A stretch of DNA of 64,000 bases, taken from assembly GCA_050331235.1 (NCBI GenBank), contig JBHJHA010000036.1, positions 1-64,000 on the forward strand, read 5' to 3'. Position 1 is the stretch's first letter; every line of letters starts with the position of its first letter. Of the stretch, positions 60,648 to 64,000 are shown in pieces. Source of the DNA: Leptolyngbyaceae cyanobacterium. Its GTDB lineage: Bacteria; Cyanobacteriota; Cyanobacteriia; Phormidesmidales; Phormidesmidaceae. The position numbers were made by a program, and so were the translations under genes. The notes below the pieces were generated by a model, which was given only the letters and a program-made list of their open reading frames with translations, did no database searches and was not told the origin of the DNA.

Positions 60648-61376
60648 ATGAGTAGATCGCCTCGACCTCAGCATGTAGATCCCCCGTCTAATCAGCACTC
60701 CATCGAGTCACATGAGCCGCGGGTGGCCGATGCGGTGGCGGCGATCGCCCCCCAAAGGCAAAGGGCCTTTAAGCCGCGGGGTATCAAACCCAGCTTTAAG
60801 GTCCTGATCGGCCTGACATTGCTGACAGCGCTGCTGCTGACCCCATTTGTCGTGAGTGATCTATATCTCGATGCGCTTAGGGCGCGATCGTTTGATTTGC
60901 ATCAGTTTATCCGGGGGGAACTGTACAAGCAGTCGACCGGCTACGGAGCTTTGGTCTTGGTGTTAGTTGAGATGCTACTGACGGTGCGCAAGCGCGGTGG
61001 TGGCTGGCTGGCTCGGATCAAACTGCCAGGCTCAATGTTGATATGGCGGAGTACCCACATTTTTCTGGGCGTAGGGTTGCTGGGATTAGTGCTGGTGCAT
61101 ACTTTGGGCGCTAACGGCCTGAACTTTAACGCCATCTTTCTCTGGGTATTTTTTGCGACGACTTTGACGGCGTTGGTCGGCGTGGTCGCTGAAACTGGCA
61201 TTTTGGAATCCACCCAGAGCTACTTTGGCAAACTGCCGGGGTCAAACGTGGCTTTAACGAAAGGGCCACTCATTCGCGGGTTGAGAGCCATTTGGCTGAC
61301 TAGCCATATCTTTTTTGTGGCTGTCTTTGGTGTGATGCTGATTTTTCACATTGCGCTGGCTTACTACTATCAGTGA
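60648..61376 (+). CDS. Ferric-reductase-like (putative di-heme b) transmembrane protein
   Basis: Several TM helices carrying two H-x13-H pairs (WRSTHIFLG...LVH and WLTSHIFF...IFH) and a TGY motif upstream. Confidence 0.7.
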   Translation: MSRSPRPQHVDPPSNQHSIESHEPRVADAVAAIAPQRQRAFKPRGIKPSFKVLIGLTLLTALLLTPFVVSDLYLDALRARSFDLHQFIRGELYKQSTGYGALVLVLVEMLLTVRKRGGGWLARIKLPGSMLIWRSTHIFLGVGLLGLVLVHTLGANGLNFNAIFLWVFFATTLTALVGVVAETGILESTQSYFGKLPGSNVALTKGPLIRGLRAIWLTSHIFFVAVFGVMLIFHIALAYYYQ

Positions 61377-61464
61377 AGACGCTGACTTATTTAGCACGCT
61401 GGTTGGGTAAACGGGTGGAGTCTTGGGTGTCGCATTTTGTGTTGGTGTATTACGGATAGAGGCT

Positions 61465-61995
61465 ATGACGGATCAAATTCGTTTGTTGGAAACCAGTTTT
61501 GCCCAGGTCCGACCTAAGGCGATGGCCTTCTCAGATTGTTTTCACCGCCATTTATTTCAAAACCATCCAGACATCGAGCCCATGTTCAGCGACGTGAGCC
61601 TCGAATTGCAAGAAAAAAAGCTGATCGCTTCCCTTGCGCTCATTGTTGAAAATTTGCATAACCCGGCGGCTTTAGCCCATGCACTTCAAGCCTTGGGGGC
61701 CTATCACGTGACCAAGGGAACCCTGGCAGAGCATTACCCCTATGTGGGGCAGGCCCTGATGCAGGCCTTTGCCGAATTTTTGGGGGATGAATGGACGCCT
61801 GCTGTCGCTGAGGCGTGGCAGGCGGCCTATCGCACGATTTGCGATTTGATGCTGGAGGGGGCGGAGCATCCCCAAGCGTATCTAGAGGGTGAGCTGACCT
61901 TTTATGAATGGCTAGATCTATATGGCGAGTCTAGTCCGACGTTACACAAGCTTGTGGAGTCGACCACCCACTTTAAATATGGCGCTAAAGGGTAG
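61465..61995 (+). CDS. Single-domain globin with a C-terminal extension
   Basis: LLETSF, FHRHLFQNHP...PMF, QEKKL, LGAYH (proximal His), HYPYVG and WTPAVAEAW. Confidence 0.9.
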   Translation: MTDQIRLLETSFAQVRPKAMAFSDCFHRHLFQNHPDIEPMFSDVSLELQEKKLIASLALIVENLHNPAALAHALQALGAYHVTKGTLAEHYPYVGQALMQAFAEFLGDEWTPAVAEAWQAAYRTICDLMLEGAEHPQAYLEGELTFYEWLDLYGESSPTLHKLVESTTHFKYGAKG

Positions 61996-62051
61996 CGGCG
62001 TTGATGCAGACCTTTTGACCAAGCGATTTGATATTGATGGAGTCGGTAGTG

Positions 62052-62528
62052 ATGACGGTGAATCGAGGTTCTGACAACCCAGCGATGAATCGGGGCAGCC
62101 GGTGGGCGATCGTGATAATTGCCACCTTTGCGATCGCCGCATTTTGGCTAACTCGTCCGGTAGCGGATGCCCATTTTTCTCCGGTATCTGGCCTAATGTC
62201 GTTGAAAGCCAGTGCTCAACAGGCGATGCCCTATCAGGTCGCAATGCACAATGGCAAGCCGACGCTGATTGAGTTTTACGCTGACTGGTGTACCACCTGC
62301 CAGGGGATGGCCCCTACCTTGGCGTCTATCCACGAGCAATTGGGAGGGTCTGTCAACTGGGTAATGCTGGATATTGATGATCCCCAGTGGCGCGACCAGA
62401 TACAGCAGTTTCACGTTACCGGTGTGCCCCATCTGGTTCTGCAAACGGGGCAGGGGGCGATCGCTGACAGTTTTGTGGGTAAGGTACCCGGGCCCATTCT
62501 CTTACGGAGTATTGAGCAAATGTTCTAG
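62052..62528 (+). CDS. Membrane-anchored thioredoxin (TxlA/HCF164/ResA-like)
   Basis: N-terminal TM, GKPTLIEFYADWCTTC and VTGVPH. The start is uncertain (62028-62085). Confidence 0.88.
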   Translation: MTVNRGSDNPAMNRGSRWAIVIIATFAIAAFWLTRPVADAHFSPVSGLMSLKASAQQAMPYQVAMHNGKPTLIEFYADWCTTCQGMAPTLASIHEQLGGSVNWVMLDIDDPQWRDQIQQFHVTGVPHLVLQTGQGAIADSFVGKVPGPILLRSIEQMF

Positions 62529-62587
62529 GCCTTCTCAAGTTCTACTGCTGTAGTGGAGAAGCGCACGGTTAACTCAGAGGTGAAATC

Positions 62588-62800
62588 ATGTCAAAGCCAT
62601 CCGCCTGTTTCTCGTCCCCGGCATGTGAATGGGTCAATTCGCAGACCCAGCGCGGGGTGAGTGATTACGTGTCAGGGTTGCATCGCCATATGGTCCAGAC
62701 ATCGGTAACTGCACAGGTGCGCAGCAATCTGCAGCTGGCGAGCCTAGAGACTCAGTATTCTCGCTATCTCTCAACGGCGTCTTTGACCCGAAAGGTGTGA
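62588..62800 (+). CDS. Small hypothetical protein
   Basis: GAGGTG RBS before the ATG and a GTGA overlap with the next ORF. No family motif. Confidence 0.35.
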   Translation: MSKPSACFSSPACEWVNSQTQRGVSDYVSGLHRHMVQTSVTAQVRSNLQLASLETQYSRYLSTASLTRKV

Positions 62801-63024
62801 CCCAAATGGCAATTTTAAATCGGTTGCTGCTTTTACTGAAGTTTTTGGAAACCCTGGTTGAGTTCGGCGATTTTTTAACCACTCCGGTGGGAATTGCTGG
62901 AATCTTCTGCCTGATCAGCTATCCGGCGTTTACGTTAATGGGGTGCGACCCCACGGCGGCCGCCATTTTGGCGAGTACGGCAGCACTCACTGTACACTGC
63001 ACCGTAAATCATCCAAGCGATTAG
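62797..63024 (+). CDS. Small hypothetical membrane protein
   Basis: Hydrophobic 75 aa ORF coupled to the previous ORF, ending 10 nt before chaN. Confidence 0.4.
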   Translation: MTQMAILNRLLLLLKFLETLVEFGDFLTTPVGIAGIFCLISYPAFTLMGCDPTAAAILASTAALTVHCTVNHPSD

Positions 63025-63034
63025 GGACTGCTCA

Positions 63035-63916
63035 ATGTCAATCCGATTTCAACTTTGGGGTTGGGGCTGGGCCCTCGCGGGCACGTTGCTAATCACCGCA
63101 CCCGCCTGTTCTGGCGATGAGGCGATCGCCCCGCAGTCAACGCCGATGGTCCTCTCTAGTACTGAGGATGACGCCTTTCAAGCCTTACAGTCAGCCGATG
63201 TAGTTTACTTAGGAGAACGGCACGATAGCCCCCTTGACCACGCAGCTCAACTAGAGATCATTAAGGCCCTTTATGCCGCCGATCCAGAGATTGCGATCGC
63301 CCTAGAGATGTTTCAGCGGCCCTTTCAACCGGTGATTGATCGGTATCTAGCGGGAGATATTTCCGAGGCAGCCCTAGTCAAGCAGACTGAATACCAAGAA
63401 CGTTGGGGCTTTCCCTGGGAGTTTTACGCGCCGGTCGTGCGGTTTGCCCAGGCCCAAGACCTGCCTGTGCTCGCACTGAATGCCCCCGCGGAAATCACCC
63501 GACAAATTGCCCGCGAAGGGCTTACTAGCTTATCCGGCAATGACTTTCGCTATATTCCACCGGTTGAGGCGATCGACACCACTAACCCAGACTACCGCGA
63601 CTTTGTCACCGCTGCGTTTGGTGCTCACGGGGCCCACGGAGATTTTAATTTCGACAACTTTTTTGCGGCGCAGGTGACCTGGGACGAAACGATGGCCATG
63701 ACCATTGCTGAGTTTAAGGCCGATAATCCCGATACTCAGGTCGTCGTATTGGCGGGTAATGGACACGTGATCTACGGCTGGGGCATTCCTGACCGGGTAC
63801 AGCGCCGACTGGGCGAGGAGCTGATACAGCAAATTGTGGTGCTGAATCCGAGTCCTGAGGTGGAGCAGGCAAAGGGGGCGATCGCCGATCTCTTTTGGTA
63901 CAGCGAAGGGCCATAG
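63035..63916 (+). CDS. ChaN family heme-binding lipoprotein
   Basis: Lipobox APAC, VVYLGERHD, IALEMF, WGFPWEFYAP, ALNAP, AQVTWDETMA and LAGNGHV.YG.GIP.R. Confidence 0.9.
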   Translation: MSIRFQLWGWGWALAGTLLITAPACSGDEAIAPQSTPMVLSSTEDDAFQALQSADVVYLGERHDSPLDHAAQLEIIKALYAADPEIAIALEMFQRPFQPVIDRYLAGDISEAALVKQTEYQERWGFPWEFYAPVVRFAQAQDLPVLALNAPAEITRQIAREGLTSLSGNDFRYIPPVEAIDTTNPDYRDFVTAAFGAHGAHGDFNFDNFFAAQVTWDETMAMTIAEFKADNPDTQVVVLAGNGHVIYGWGIPDRVQRRLGEELIQQIVVLNPSPEVEQAKGAIADLFWYSEGP

Positions 63917-64000
63917 GCTTCGCAACGCCCAGATTGACAACCTGGTGTTGCTAGGCCAAATTCAGCGCCCCTTGGCGGCGTAACGCCTGCTTTTGTTCGG

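Overview
This window is cyanobacterial chromosomal DNA. The HIP1 octamer GCGATCGC recurs throughout, and the gene content suggests a filamentous Leptolyngbyaceae-like strain (inference). The left end (1-2000) is an accessory hotspot. It holds two integron-type gene cassettes (a partial GNAT gene and a GFA gene) with a complete attC site but no integrase in view, a structured spacer, and a type II toxin-antitoxin pair lying between two ~172-bp direct repeats of the ureC upstream region and 5' end. The middle carries ureC, a frameshifted MDR oxidoreductase, a GH15/phosphorylase-kinase-like gene, a five-GAF protein ending in a 2-TM domain rather than a kinase, a Ser/Thr kinase-WD40 gene, cax, moaD, a site-2 protease, tRNA-fMet, nnr, mnmA, sat and a catalytically altered orthocaspase. 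Next come a Wzm/Wzt polysaccharide operon, NDH-2, two DoxX genes and mmsA. The most striking region is 52.4-63.9 kb, a divergently arranged heme/redox island. One arm encodes a ResB/CcsB-like protein, an enlarged CcsA and a Tat Rieske lipoprotein. The other arm encodes a tail-anchored tandem di-globin, a 5-heme cytochrome c (one CX4CH motif), a 6-heme cytochrome c, a DUF3365/Tll0287-like c-heme lipoprotein, a 4-His ferric-reductase-like membrane protein, a second globin, a membrane thioredoxin and ChaN. Together these look like a self-contained, uncharacterised trans-membrane electron-transfer or gas (NO/O2) handling system with its own cytochrome c maturation. All calls come from reading motifs by eye; no database searches were run.
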